DNA from: Bugula neritina
Taxonomy: Eukaryota > Animalia > Bryozoa
Length of the DNA stretch: 64,000 nt
Direction: 5' to 3'
NCBI GenBank assembly: GCA_964035545.1
Contig: OZ037767.1
Coordinates: 28,846,628-28,910,627, forward strand
Part shown: positions 1 to 14,500 of the stretch, piece by piece
Layout: each line of letters starts with the position of its first letter
Numbering within the stretch: position 1 is the first letter of the stretch
Position numbers and translations under genes: made by a program
Notes under the pieces: generated by a model
Seen by the model: the letters and a program-made list of their open reading frames with translations, nothing else
Told to the model about the DNA's origin: nothing
Databases searched by the model: none

Positions 1-1126
1 CTTAAGCTATTTTGCTTTCAGTATATACTTATAGTAATATTAATATGCATAATACTGTATCAGTATGACTATGAGTGTATGTCAAACTTGATAAATTTAT
101 CAATATGGATATCCATATGACTTCATAATAATATTTATAATTATTATAATTGTTGATAGCTTAAATAAATATTATCATTATGATTATGGGCATTGCTTAT
201 AGCACAAAAATAGCAGCTCAGTCCCATGCCTATACTCAAACCTTTCATTATCATACTTAGAAGGATGTTGCTTGACTGAACTGTGAATAATTTGGTCATT
301 TAATTATTGTCGTATGGTCATTGCATTTTGAGTTTATTCATTGTTATTTTAAAGAATTCAAGTCTATAAAATTTACTGGTGATAATTCCTATAAGTTTTA
401 GCTTCAATCTGTTTTACCCCTTTTGTTAGTTTTTGGTTATTAGAAAATATGCAGTTAGTTGAAATATTAAACTTGAATAGCATGGTTTTATACCATCATT
501 TTTACTTCAGTTAAATGTTGAGTTGGGAACAATTCTCAGAAAATTTCTCAGAAAAAAATTTGCCCACAAAAAACTGTTTACATAGTTGACTAAAAGCTTT
601 TTCTTAAAAATAAAATTATTACAAATAATTGTAAAACCTTACATAAAATGAATCGATGTGTTTCATTGAAAGTTATAAAGGATATATCGATTTCACAGCA
701 TTGAAACATTCAAGGCAACTCTCTTTTTACTGTCATTGTTGGCAGGATTTTAAAAGATGCACATAAAACAAAATATTCAATTTCTTTTGAAAATGTTTAG
801 GAAAAGATGCATTAAAATTTTTTATCAGCTGAACAACTTCTTCATTTTTGAGCACTAAGTAAAAGTATGTATTTTCCATTTGGAATTTATTTCATTGCAT
901 TGCATTCTTTAGCAGCCAACCTTTTCATTCCACTCATTCTTCAAAAAGACAATGCCAATGTGCAATATACAATATTTTTAATAGAATCAGTGATGGAAAT
1001 TTGTCTTTGCAGAATTTAAACCATTTAAAGAATTTCCATATGCATTCTCAAATTTTGGCAATGATAATAATTAATGTGTTATAAGTATTAGTAGCATCTG
1101 CCACATTTGATATATTTTAGAGAATA

Positions 1127-4100
1127 ATGCCACGAAAAAAGGCAGCCAGTGAAGCGGGTTCTGAACCTTCAACACAGCCAGTTAAAAAGTTCAAGCCAAA
1201 CCCAGAAGAGAATAGCAAAATGGAATCCAGTACCCGCCGTTCCCTTCGTACTCGTTCCTATGACGAGAATAATGTAGGAAACCAACCAGCCGCTCAGTCT
1301 AAGAAAGTTGCTGAGGTTAGTAGGCGTGACTCTGTAGTCTGCTGGTAATGCCTGTGCTGAATGTTGGTATGTAGAAATAAGCCGTTTTATTGGTTTTCAA
1401 GGCTGCCCTAAATCAACCAAGACGCAACGTTCTACAGGCTGCAGAAGCAAAGCCTGCTACAAGAGGCTCGGGATTTGTTGTGAAAAATCCGAGTGAAAAG
1501 AACTCGTGCCCTCTCGAGCTCTCCGTTCAAGTGACTCCGTGTGATATTCTAGAAAGACAACCAGCACTGCGTATGTGTTTCTACTATATTTATTCTAACA
1601 TTATATTTCTAAATATATTGCCTTCTCTTTATTTCAGTATTTGATTTATAACATTCTCACCTAAATTTCAGCATCAAGTAAAGAATCTGCATCCCGTAAA
1701 AGAAAGGTGAAAATATCACCAAAGTCTATTGAAAAAAGAACAAAATTAAGTGTAAGATTCCTATGATATAATTTCCTTTATCCTGACAGTATAATTTCTC
1801 ATTTTTACTATGTTATAATTTACTGTATATTTTGTTATATTTTGTTATATTTTCATTATTAGAACAGGTTTACGGTTTTGCTTACAGTTTCAGCTTATGT
1901 TTCCTTAAAACTCAAATGACCTTGACATATAACCCTTATTGTAGCCAACAGGAAGTCCAACGTCTTTGCTGGGGGAATTCCAAACAGTTCCATATTCAAA
2001 GAAGCATTCAGGAGACATGAGTAGCGGTGAGAACAGCGTACACTCTACAGATGCTACTCACACAGATGTCGTTGATGCCGATGTGTTGGACAATCTTAAA
2101 ACTAAATACGAAGCTGCAATATCACAACATAGAGTCAGCGGTCACTCAAGTCTTGCTGGACTGCCTGAGCAGCTGCCGGCGCTCAGCGCTGACCCTCTGT
2201 TCACTCGTCCAGCGGTTAAGTTGCACAAAGTTGATGTTAAGGTGAGACATCATGTTATGAAGTTCTAGTTGGTGACTCGTCATGTGAAACGTATTTAGAT
2301 TTTAGTAACGTGTCAAATATCTGTCCTGGATTTGTATTACTAACTCTTGTGGGTTTATAGTCACTATCTCTGCTGGAAATGGTTTTTTTAAAGCAGGATA
2401 AGGTTTTTTCTGATGTGGCACAGGAGCAATTATGGTTGGATGCTCTTCTTAACATCACTGCCGGTGTTTGTAGTCGAACTACTGACCTCGTGTTTACTAG
2501 ACCAGCACTCTGACCACCACACCACGACTGCTCCCTCTGGATTTGGATTATATATATTCTACTATATTCATTCTATTACTTGTTGCTTATTGAATTCTAA
2601 AGTGGTCACTCATGTTCTAGGTTGGAGCCAGTGTCTCTGTGATGACCTACAATATTCTCGCAGACTGTCACCTTCAAGCCTACAACTCCCAATACAGTTA
2701 CACAAGCGATGCACATCTTAGTTTAGACTTTAGGGGTTATAGAATTATCGAAGAGATCAAGCACTTAGACTGTGACGTTGTGTGCTTACAGGAAGTTGAC
2801 GATTTCTTCTATGAGAAAAGTTTAAGACCAGCTATGAAAATGTATGTGCAGTACACACCTATTAGCTTATCATATGTTATTCGCGTGATTATCCAGTGTC
2901 TTGGGTCTCACGTGGTTAGTTATTGTGTTGTAGGCTGGGCTATGAAGGAGTGTTTTACAGACGGAAAGGGGGTGGTTACCCTGAAGGAGCGTCCACTTTC
3001 TACAGAAGTAGCACGTACACATTAGACAGCCAACACGCCTGCTCATATGCTCAACTGGCTGACCAGGTAAGTTTACATAAACAATGTGTAAGCTGTCGTA
3101 GACTACAGTACTTGTCTCTAATGGAACCTGGTGGATATAGTAGTTGGTGTTAAAACAAACTTTTGTTAATTTGAGTTGTCTTCTCATGCAACCTGTTGGC
3201 CTTTATAAATTTGTGTTGGATTTGTTTTACACATTTGGGATCGTGATGGCTTAAATGCATATGCAGTCTCATGGTGTTAAATGCAATTAAGTTTTTTTAA
3301 ATTTTAAAACAACTTCAGTGTCAGTTCGAGGAGAAAAATATTTTCTTGTAAACTGTATAAAATATTGTAATATTTTTTAACGCAGAGCAATGGAGTTAGT
3401 TTTTAATGTCATCATGATGACAGTTGCTTTACTGTATACTAGTTTGTCTCTACCCAGCTGTCTGTTGGAATTCATGCAGTGCACAGTGTTTAGGGAAGTT
3501 TCGCTGCTGTTACAGGATATAGATAGGTCAGAACATTCAGAGGAAACCAAGCAGCTGCTAAGGCAGCACGTGAATAAGGAAGCTGTCTTACTCACATGTA
3601 AACTACGACACAAACCTACAGACAAACTTGTAGTTATAGGAAACACTCACCTCACGTGGACCAAGTTCACTGCTTTAGACATATCTTGTATGCAGGTACG
3701 GATATCATCACTCAATAATATAACCTCCATAAACTCTATCTTTACTAAAAATAAGTTCCTGCTATTGCTTGTTATGTAGAAGATTAAAGTTATGTTTGCT
3801 CTCTATTCGTTAGACAACAGGTCATATTTGTGTGAGTGTTTTGTAGCTACTAATGCATGCTGCCTTACATTCAGGCTCTGTCTGTTCAGTATGTTATGAA
3901 TATTTTATAATAAGTGAGAGTTGTCATTTCTGTTAACATTTAATGACTGTAACCACTTTCGGTAGTTCACACGTATATTGCAAGTGTAAGCACATTATCC
4001 ACACATCACCATGTATATTGTAGATGTACCATATTGCATATTATCCATATATAATGTATGTCGGTGTTAATTTGAGGTTTTCATTGTTGCTCACGAATTT

Positions 4101-5174
4101 TACCAGCTCTACTGGAGCAATTTCAACCGCTGTTCCATTAAAATAACATTAATACTTTCAACAGATGTGTTATGCATTCAAAGAAATGGACAGGCTATCA
4201 GAGCACGGTGAAATACCGATGGTGTTGGCAGGAGATTTTAACACTAGGAATTCGGATCCAGGATATCAGCTAGCCTTAGAGGGATATCTAAATGATGCTA
4301 GTCTAAAAACGTAAGTAGATTTTCATACCATAAGCATGTTGGTCTCATTTGATGGCAAGTAGAGGTTGTATTGTATGTTCAGTAGGTGATTATTAATTGT
4401 GTATTTTGATGTTTGGCTCTCACTAATTAAAGAATTAGCTAATCAGTTGAAAAATTTAAAGCTAATCTTAATAAAACTGAAACCTCCAGGCATGAGAGGA
4501 ACAAACTTTACTGCTAAAAACTAGCGTTGTGAATGAACTCAATTTTTTGTTGCAGATTACAGCAACTTAGAACAGTAACATATGCGGATGGAACAGAAAA
4601 GGCTCTCGTAGATCTTCTGTGGTGCGCTTTTCAACATCCGGCAAGGAACATTGCTTCTTCTTACTCTACTATAATGGTACGTTGATGACTATTTCAAAAC
4701 TCTGCCTATATGTACGAGTAGTGTTTTAGCTACTCGCACACTTTTTGTACAATGCCAGGTAATTTATCCTAAACAAATAGCTAGAGTATCTGCACTGTCA
4801 ATATGCAGAGCAAAGGCAAGTCAAGTTTAGCATTCGCCCTCCAAGGCTTCATGGTTGATTATAACACAGCCTGCCAGTTTGGCATTACAAGAGGTTAAAC
4901 AAAGTCTATTTGGCACAGTATTGCATTGATTTTTCAGTTTCATAATTTAGTGCATTATTAGATATTAAATCACAAAATGTCTTTTCTTCCTCTTCAGGGC
5001 AAAGAACCAGCAAAGACTAGCATTAACTTTGTAATGAACAGTGCAGTAGATTATATGTGGTCCAACAACATCCAGCCTCTGTCAGTAACTCAAACTAATA
5101 GCATATGCCACAAAATGCCAAACATTATATTCCCAAGTGATCACCTCAGCCTGCAGACAACATACGGCTTTTAG
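1127..5174 (+). CDS. EEP-superfamily deadenylase/phosphodiesterase (CCR4/Nocturnin/Angel/PDE12 group), 10 coding exons, ~570 aa with a basic low-complexity N-terminus
   Basis: Exons 1127-1315, 1402-1570, 1672-1751, 1945-2241, 2621-2841, 2934-3066, 3516-3695, 4165-4310, 4556-4676, 4998-5174 join in frame with GT-AG introns. EEP motifs in order: MTYNILAD, CLQEVD, GNTHL, LAGDFN, VDYMW, FPSDH. Subfamily cannot be resolved by eye. Confidence 0.88.
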
Positions 5175-5595
5175 CTTCTAGCTTGGCATACGAATGCGAA
5201 GGGTACTCACTAGTTTGTAGTCAATTTTAAACCTTTCTGTTCTCTTTGTTTTAAATGTATTGTTATTGCATCTAATTATATTCAAATTTGATATTTTGTA
5301 AAAAAAAATACACAAATTTATGAACAGAATTTTAATAAAACTATTATTATTCCAAGATGTAATTAAATGCTAAAAAACTGTGCACAGTATAGCAATATAG
5401 TATTTATAACAAACAGGTTATTTTTAAGAATAACTTTGGAATGAAACTAAAAATTTATCGGGTTGAGTGTTGAAATACAAAACAATATAATGCACTATAA
5501 AAGTAAATGTGATTGCACTAGACAGAGATTAGTCTATATACAACATGTACACCTTTGTACACTACAAATATGTACATAGCATCCATCATATGAAA

Positions 5596-8500
5596 TCATG
5601 GGGACTGTTCTTTTGACTTGAGTAAAGCCTTATGCTTCTTGCTCTGGTATTCCTGAGAGCTAGAGGGGGTGTCACTGGGGCGCTTGTTCCTTTTTGTGAC
5701 TGTCACTTTCATGGAACACCTTGTGAACTACAAATGAGAAAAGTGACCTTTTAGGCATTATATCCTCTCTTAGAGCTACTAACCAGCTATACCGCTAGTT
5801 ATATGGTATACACGGTATACACTGCCTACTTTTCGAGTCTCTGAAATAACAGAAACAAAATAAGAACGGAGACAAAACAGAACACAATGAAAGAAGTCTT
5901 GCGCGTTGCTGTTTTTGTTCAATCCATAGCAAAGATGAACAGCCTAGAGACTCGCCATAACCAAGCTCTTTTCATACTACAAAGGTTAAATAGTTACTGC
6001 TGCAGTCATACACCCAGTACGTATAGAAATTGTAATGAAAAAATAAAAACCTCAAACAGTCCAGGCTGAAATGCTCCAGAACCAAGGCTAACGAGTGATG
6101 GTTGAGACTGAGACAGTCGTTCCGACCCTTGGGAACTGACTGGAGAATCTTGACTATTGGATAGAGTGACCGTCTCCGAACATTGGTTGGTGCAAGCACC
6201 TTGGCGATAGCTTTTCAACGCGTTTAAGATTCTGGTGATAGTAGGCTTGGTCAGATTCATATTTTCCATGTCCTACAAGTATGTATTATGTAATGAAGTT
6301 CACTATGGCATAGGGAGGATAACTACAGATAAATATAGAGTTGTAACGAGATAACTCTATACTTAACCTGAATAATGGCTAATTGTCATACACAAGACAT
6401 TAACCACAGAAACCTGTTTTTCACGATTAAAATGACATTAGGAAAAGCATACATATGATAGACAATGAAATTTAACCTTTTAAGATTAACAGAAAATATA
6501 CCTTGACCGTAAAACTTTCTTGAGAGACGAGTTGAGCCATTGAGTGTAAGCCTGCCATTTGAAAATTGTCAATGTACGCACCCAGACCGAGTTTTTGAAG
6601 CCATCTACAGATAAAATTCATTGGACTATAAATTTTAGTTACATTTTACGTGTTAAGAACATACTAATTACATTTAATCTGTATTGTAAAAGTCACTATT
6701 TGTGGTAATGAGAAATATACAAATGATGAGGCACAACATACTCAGCTACACTATCTGTCCTCGATGCATCATCAGTCATATCATAGCCCCTACCAGCACC
6801 AGCCTGCCTCATATTGAACGAATCAGGAGCAGAGGAGAAGTTGAAAGCAGACGCCATATTGGGAAGCCCAGGCTGAACGCCTGCATAGCCCTGTGGAGCC
6901 GCACTGCAAGAGAAAACATAAAATGTGAGACGATGCACTCCGTAGTGTCTCCTCCCCGCCTCAACTCATCGGCTCCTTGCCAAAACAGACTACCAGTAGC
7001 TAACTTACAGATTAATCAGTAGTTAAGCCGCAGATTAAGTAAATGTAGTATACAAGAGAACAAAATAGAGCTAACTGATAGAACAGGTATTTACAACTAC
7101 AGTAAGCAATTTAGACGATGAGTTAAGGCTTCGTGGGAGTACAGCAAACCTGGTGACCGATTGAGCCTAAGACATCACTTGTGAAATCGAGCAGAATCCT
7201 GAACGCCGCGTGAAGCAGTAGAACGGGTGTGGCAGCGCTGATTGCGCGACGTCAGTCATTTTCTGCTTGACCGAGACTGTTACAGCAAACAGAATCCTGA
7301 CTGAATACGGAGGCCTACAGTCCAGCGCTGCAGTCAATCATTTCCTGTTGCCATGGCTACGCACTTCTGCTGCCATAACACGCCCCCAACTCAGTAATTT
7401 ATAGACCCATGCCTATTTAGTAATTTTAGTCATGTCCTCATTCAAGCTATACACAGATACATTGCCTCACGTTAAACTGTTGTTGTATAGTAATCCAATG
7501 GGCATGCTATGGCAGCTAGAAGTGTGTGGGCAACAGAGAGGCACAGAAACCTTAACACAGCCAAAGTTGAAGGTCATAAAACCCCTTCTAATAGGCTGAT
7601 AGTGGCTCCTGGTCGACCTTACGATCTGACCTAATATTGCCTCGTGCAAGGTCACCCTAGTCTCGTCACATACACCCTGCTACGTGAACACGAGAAAGAG
7701 TTTATCATACCTGTTGACTTCCTGCAAGCTACTAGAAATTTGACTAAAACCTGTCACGTTGTCAATGCATGAATGGTGAGCAATGAGTAAATAGGGAACT
7801 GCTTTTTATACTTTAATCTGCTATTAAGTTGCGCTGCATAACATAGAAAATATGAAAATAAAATAAAATGACTAATTATTTGGTAACATAATAAAAACAG
7901 CATATGCAGTGTAGTTGTGGTTGTTAGTTATTTACTGGGAGGGATTATAGTGAGTGGATGCAAATGCCAGCTATGAGGGGAAACTTCCAATGTTCAGAGT
8001 ATCTACCATGACTGCATATAGCTGTTAGTATGAAAATAGTTAAAATTTAGTTATTGTTCGGTAAAACTACTTAAATTAAAACTTGGGTTCCTTGTTGGCT
8101 CAGCCAACAACACAACACAATACTGAGTTGGCATACTGAGTATGAATAATGTGTAATTACTGGAATTCTAATTATTGCAGACTAGAGTGGAGTTGTCTAA
8201 TTTTAGAAAGATGACTAATGCTGCCGGCCCCGTCCAGGCGATTGTTGTCGCTATCGGAGTGCACGAGCAGACAGGCTATTCACTCGAAACCAGTTGAGTC
8301 AGCTGATACTTCCATAATATCACTAAAACATGGAGGCAGAATGAGTTTCAGTAGCGACTCAAACTTGGTCACGAATGATTTCACCAGAATTTTAATTAAA
8401 CTTTTATAAGTTCATATTTGTTTTAAACCAGATACAAAATAACTGTATTTAAAGACTAAGAATTAACCAGCAGCTAATTCAAGAATTTGATTTTCAAGCC

Positions 8501-11500
8501 AAAAATATTTATTCCATTCCCTGTTGCAATGCATGCATTATAGTTACTATATTGTGGATTATGCAGCCATAACACACTACCACTAGTACTTGTAACCGAC
8601 AGATATTACTTCACAGGAAGCCCCCAACAACTTATTGAAAGTCTGATGTAGGTTCATAGCTAGTTAGATCTAACACGTCTCAAGTCTAATGCAATGCGTA
8701 AAGGAATATTTAGCACACATTTCTCAACTAAATGAGAGCAGATAACTACAAGACTATCAACATAGGTGAGGGCAATAATTCTGCTAGAATTACACAATAT
8801 TCATTACATAAATACTAATAAATGTCTACATCTAATGGTGAACCAGCCATAAGCAAAGCCAAGTTCTGTAAGGTTCCTATAACAGGATCTAAAGCAGATG
8901 GTAGTCCACCATGGGAAGCACAGCATGGGAAACATAGCATTAGTGTTAATGCGTAACATTGGCTTCACTCAACTTATTTTACACGAAGTAAACTACACTT
9001 GAATTTTACATGAATCTACAGGACATGGCAAGTCAAGTCAATTAATATTTCCACAGCAACAATCACAGGATTTTCAATAATCAGGTAAAAACGATAATGG
9101 ATTAATTTCTGAACTGAAAAGCTCTTGGCAGTTAACACATACTCATTGCGAGGTCGCTGGTTAAACCTAGAGGATGTTTCAAGGGCATCTCTCAGCATGG
9201 CCAACACCTCGTAATTCCGTCGTCCTTTCACTTTCAGGGTGAAGGTTTCTTCCCTTGACTCGTCCCGAGGGCCTCTCATAATGCCATACATTGTTTGCTC
9301 GTGCACTGCTATAAAATAGACACGAAAATAAACACAGTGCTGTCACTCAGTGTCAGGTTCTCTCAACTCTCAAATATATACACCAGCTCAACTTAAACTG
9401 CTCATGTCATAGCAATAGACTTCGGAATAGAGTAAAAACTTTGTACAGATGAAAAAAATTAACCTGAATTCACATGTAGCCCGAGTTCTACATCAATTGC
9501 CTGAGGTACTCTCTCATAGATAGCCCTAGGAACTAGAAGATAGCCCTAGGAACTAGCAGACAATTCTAGGTACTAGAAGATAGCCCTAGGTACTAGAAGA
9601 TAGCCCTAGGAACTAGCAGATAGCCTTAGGAACTAGAAGTTAGCCCTAGGAACTAGAAGATAGCCCTAGGTACCCACCAACTTGAGAAGCAGGCTGCTGT
9701 GGTGGTGATGTATTGACAGACGTGTGTGAAGTAGATGGTCTATTAATAGAAGTAGTTTTGTGAGAAGGCGTTGTTTCGTTACGTTTCTGCCGCTGCAACT
9801 CTATTTTACCCTCTTCAGATTTCCGGTCTCTCCCCGGACAGGCACATATTCTGAGATCAATTGAAAGCCTGCCAAGCACCTCTTGATTCGAACTAAAATC
9901 ATATTTACTATTTTAAGAGCATCTTTTAAAAATTTCAATTATAAACTTTAAGTAAGGCTTCCCTTACTTGTATTAAATGGCAAACATACCACAAAGAAAC
10001 CTTGCATGCCTGTTTTATAGCGGAGAAACCACATAACACCCCCAATACTTACTTCTCTAGAGTGCAGACAACTCCCACTACTTACTTCTCCAGAGTGTAG
10101 ATAATAGACATCTCTCGCCGATTTGGACCTCCGACACAAGAGTTGAGACATTTGAAGGAGAAAAGGTAAGTCACCCAGGAGGTGCCGGCAGGGGGCGCGT
10201 CGTAGGGAGCAATCACGGCACACCGCCCGGTGCTCGAGTCCGTTACGTAACGGGCACCCTGGTTCTCACACCATATGAAGTGCTCTCTGTGGGGGATATT
10301 TGCTGTAAATACAACAGTTTGGCTGAAATCTATAACAATAATAATTTTCACACAAAAGTCCAACGTGTAACTGCATATAGCAGTTAGAATGAGAAATAAA
10401 AATTACACAGCAATCAGCTGGAACTATCAGATTTATACTGAATGGGCACCAAAACTCAAGTTCCAAATTAAAGAAATTAATCTATCCAGAAAATTTATGT
10501 GACATTTCACAAAATTGTAATATAAAAATGGAATATTTGACTGTCTACAAGCTGGTTAACAGAGACAGTGAATGATGTATATCCAACATACCACTTTCTG
10601 GAGCTTGAATGTGATTGGGGCACCTCTTCACCACGTCCTGCACATGCTCTGGTCTGCTGTAGATGGGCAGAGCGCGGATGTAGAGACCGTTAGCCACGCC
10701 GTCACAGTCTATACGGAACCTTACAGGGCACATGGCGTCTTTCTGAGCGTACAGCTTATTGGTCATATCTGAGAACTACAGAGCAATGTGTACTGGTGAA
10801 TATACAGAACACTGTGTACTGGTGAATATACAGAACACTGTGTACTGGTGAATATACAGAGCATCTGGCAGTGGTATGTTGTTCTAGAAGTACCCCAAGC
10901 TACATAGTACACCACTAGTTACTGAATGTAATCTTTCCAACCGCATACAGCCATTAGTGATGTGAGGAGAGGTGTCTGTCTATTCACAAATACAACTTAA
11001 CTTCTGTAGTACATGAGAAAATAAGGCACTCTTACTTATACACCCAACTCACTAGCTAACAGACTTTGTACTCTTAAAGTTTGGTGAGCTGTGTTGTGTA
11101 CTGTTGTGTATTGAAACTGTCTACTTGTCTACAATAAACTTACTGTCCAGGCTGTAGATTTGGTGTCTTTAGGCTGCTTTCCAAACTCAAACTGGAAGTT
11201 GTATGACCCTGGAAAGGGTTGACTGAAACACAAAATAACATAGCTCAATTTACGTGCTGCCATTATTTATTAACTCACTATGAGGCAGCACTTTATGAAG
11301 AAAATTTGTGAATGTCATTAAAATCTTCTGCCGCAAAATTTTAAAAAGATCAACTGTAAACATGTTCAAGCAATTTAGCAGCTTTACATGCTAATGGTGT
11401 GAGAAGTACCTGGATGGAATCAAAGACATGGGACTAGGGCTAAGGGAAGCCTGAGGCCTGCAGTAAACATTAGTTCCGGAATCGGGATAACTCCGCCCAT

Positions 11501-14500
11501 GGTCATCCTGTCCAAAGCTATTGAACTGCAAAACAAAGAAAAGTGTGTTAGTCAATTCTAAGAAGAGAAAACACAAATAAACAGAAGTCTACTCACTCTC
11601 TGGAGTATGGCTGTTCATGGAAATATTCTCTTTGATATAAGAGTAATGATAGAAAGTAGTTCCAGAACTTTGTTCCGTCCGATTTTACATAGTATTAAAC
11701 ATGTATTACATTATATGACATATAGCATATTATAGGACATGTATTATATTATATGACATATAGCATATTATATGACATATAGCATATTATAGGACATGTA
11801 TTACATTATATGACATATAGCATATTATAGGACATGTATTATATTATATGACATATAGCATATTATATGACATATAGCATATTATAGGACATGTATTACA
11901 TTATATGACATATAGCATATTATATGACATATAGTATATTATAGGACATGTATTACATTATATGACATATAGCATATTATAGGACATGTATTACATTATA
12001 TGACATATAGCATATTATAGGACATGTATTATATTATAGGACATATAGTATATTATATGACATGTAATATATTATATGACATGTAGTATATTATATGACA
12101 TATAGTATATTATATGACATGTAGTATATTATATGACATATAGTATATTATATGACATGTATTATATTATAGGACATATAGTATATTATATGACATGCAG
12201 TATATTATAGGACATATAGTATATTATATGACATGTAGTATATTATAGGACATGTAGTATATTATAGAACATGTAGTATATTATATGACATGTAGTATAT
12301 TATAGGACATGTAGTATATTATAGAACATGTAGTATATTATAGGACATGTAGCATATTAGACACACACAGCACGGGCAGCAGTTCACATTGACACTGGAA
12401 TGAACAGGTTACACCATGAAACACATGATTCGCACAAAAAAACTACATAAAAGAGTTCAAATGATGACATATAAAAGGCATGTATTAGTGAACTACACTA
12501 AAACAAACAGTACCTAAACATTTTGTTAATAACACAATATAGTGTTGAAAATTGGAGTTGCTCTTTCAATGAACATAATCTGTTCTATTGAATTGTTAAG
12601 TTGATAAATCTCTTCACAATTGATGTAGAAGCTTAACACCTATACTTCTTAGAGAATGAAAATATTGCACAACAGCTGCTATTCAAAGATTATGGGTAAT
12701 AAATTAAATATTATTTCACACAACATTTTAGAGAAAACTAGTTTGGGCCATCACTGTCAGAAAGAGGGGGGGGGGGCGAGTTCAACCCCGCCAGATGCTT
12801 GAAATAGTCTTACAATTTATTTAAACAACAGCTAACATCAACTGAAGAATAAGACACATGAAACATGAGAAAATAAACACACCCTGTCTATAATTAGAAA
12901 AGTACGGTGCACATACATAAAGCACACAGCACAACGTAGTATGAGAGAAGTGGTGTGAGAACACAATCCAGACACATACCCCATTAGTAGTTGACTCAGG
13001 TATAGCACCATTCCCATCCGATACACCTGGTTTGCACATGTTCAAATTAGATATTGAAGGAATTTTGAAAAAATAAAAAATCGATTTAAAATATATAAAC
13101 TATTTGTTGAAATAAATAGAAAATAAATAAACTATTCTAAAATATACCGAGTATTGAAAAAGCACCAACGTATGTCTGACTACCAACGAAGACAAATTTG
13201 AAATGACACCGGGCTAAACATATTAATCTAGAATGTAGTCAATCAAAGTATCATGCAATCAGCGCAGGCACGTTGCTCAAACATGCCCAAACATGTCATA
13301 TGCACAAACTATGTGACTAAACTCAACATGCCGTGTTCAAACTTGCCCAACCAATCAGATGCCGCTTTCAACGAGCATTGCATATTTCAGATCAATGAGG
13401 TCATCAATCGAGCCATTCTATTGGCTAACAAATAAAACTTGCCTGAACAAGTTTTCAATACCAAAGGAAGTAATGGCCAAGCAATAACCGAATGGCCTCA
13501 TCTTCAAAAACACATCCATCTAAATAATGGCGATTTTCAATAGCTACATGTCTATACAACAATGTCACCTATTAGCAGTTTTCATAAACCTATCAAAAGC
13601 TGTACAGAAGCAAAGCTACAGCTAAATAATAGACCATAGTGGTGAAAAGAAGACAGTTTCAGATAGTTGTAGGCTCCAGTTTTGTTCACATGGTCTGGTT
13701 ATAAACTTTACAGCTAGTATTTATAGTTGATAGGTGAAAAGCTTATATTTCAACTAAAAAACTTGTTAAAAAAATACATCCTGTATCACTGTAGTTTTGT
13801 GGTACTGTAGTACTGTATCATTGTTGTAATGTAGTGTTGTGGTACTGTAGTACTGTATTACTATAGTGTTGTGGTACTGTAGTACTGTATTACTGTATCA
13901 CTGTAGTGTTGTGGTACTGTAGTACTGTAGTACTGTATTACTGTATCACTGTAGTGTTGTGGTACTGTTGTACTGTATTATTAGAAAAGCACACAGCAGC
14001 CTAAGCAAGGCGCACAAAACTTTCTCATATTAACAGAAAACAATGCAGTAGGGAGACGACCAGAGGTCCAGTAATGCAAGACAGCAAAAGTTATGATTTG
14101 TGAGAATTCATTTAGACATGTAAAAAGCTTAGGATGTGAAAATTTTTCTGCTTTTGCACGCAAATATTATAGTATAATTCATATATAATATAAATAACAA
14201 GTGATATTATACACAACTTAAAATTTTTATTTAACTTGTGATGAAAATTGATGTGTGTATGATATGTGATTGTAACTCAAGTAACTTGCATTTTCACAGC
14301 CTATAAATTAATGTTATAGTTTTGTTCAAATAAAATCAATATTATGATTATAGCTACAGTTAAAGATGAGCCCGAGCAAAATTTTCCTGTACAGTCTGAA
14401 TACATGACATCTAGGAGATCAAATTTCCTAGCAACAACAAGAAACAAACGTTTAGAAAAAAGTTGATGTTAGCTGAGATAAACAGAGAGAAGCTGCATTT

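Noticed and set aside
2474-2545. Possible extra exon in the EEP nuclease gene
   Set aside because: No GT donor, and exon 2241 splices directly in frame to 2621.
7150-7314. Possible coding exon in the OD-SAM intron
   Set aside because: No frame is open from an acceptor through to the donor; treated as regulatory instead.
11036-11088. Possible small cassette exon in the DBD region
   Set aside because: Contains stops and has no recognisable homology; unsupported.
11591-11690. Exon-like segment with a gtgagt donor just upstream of p53-family exon 11525
   Set aside because: The phase-0 frame needed to join the next exon contains a TGA; at best non-coding.
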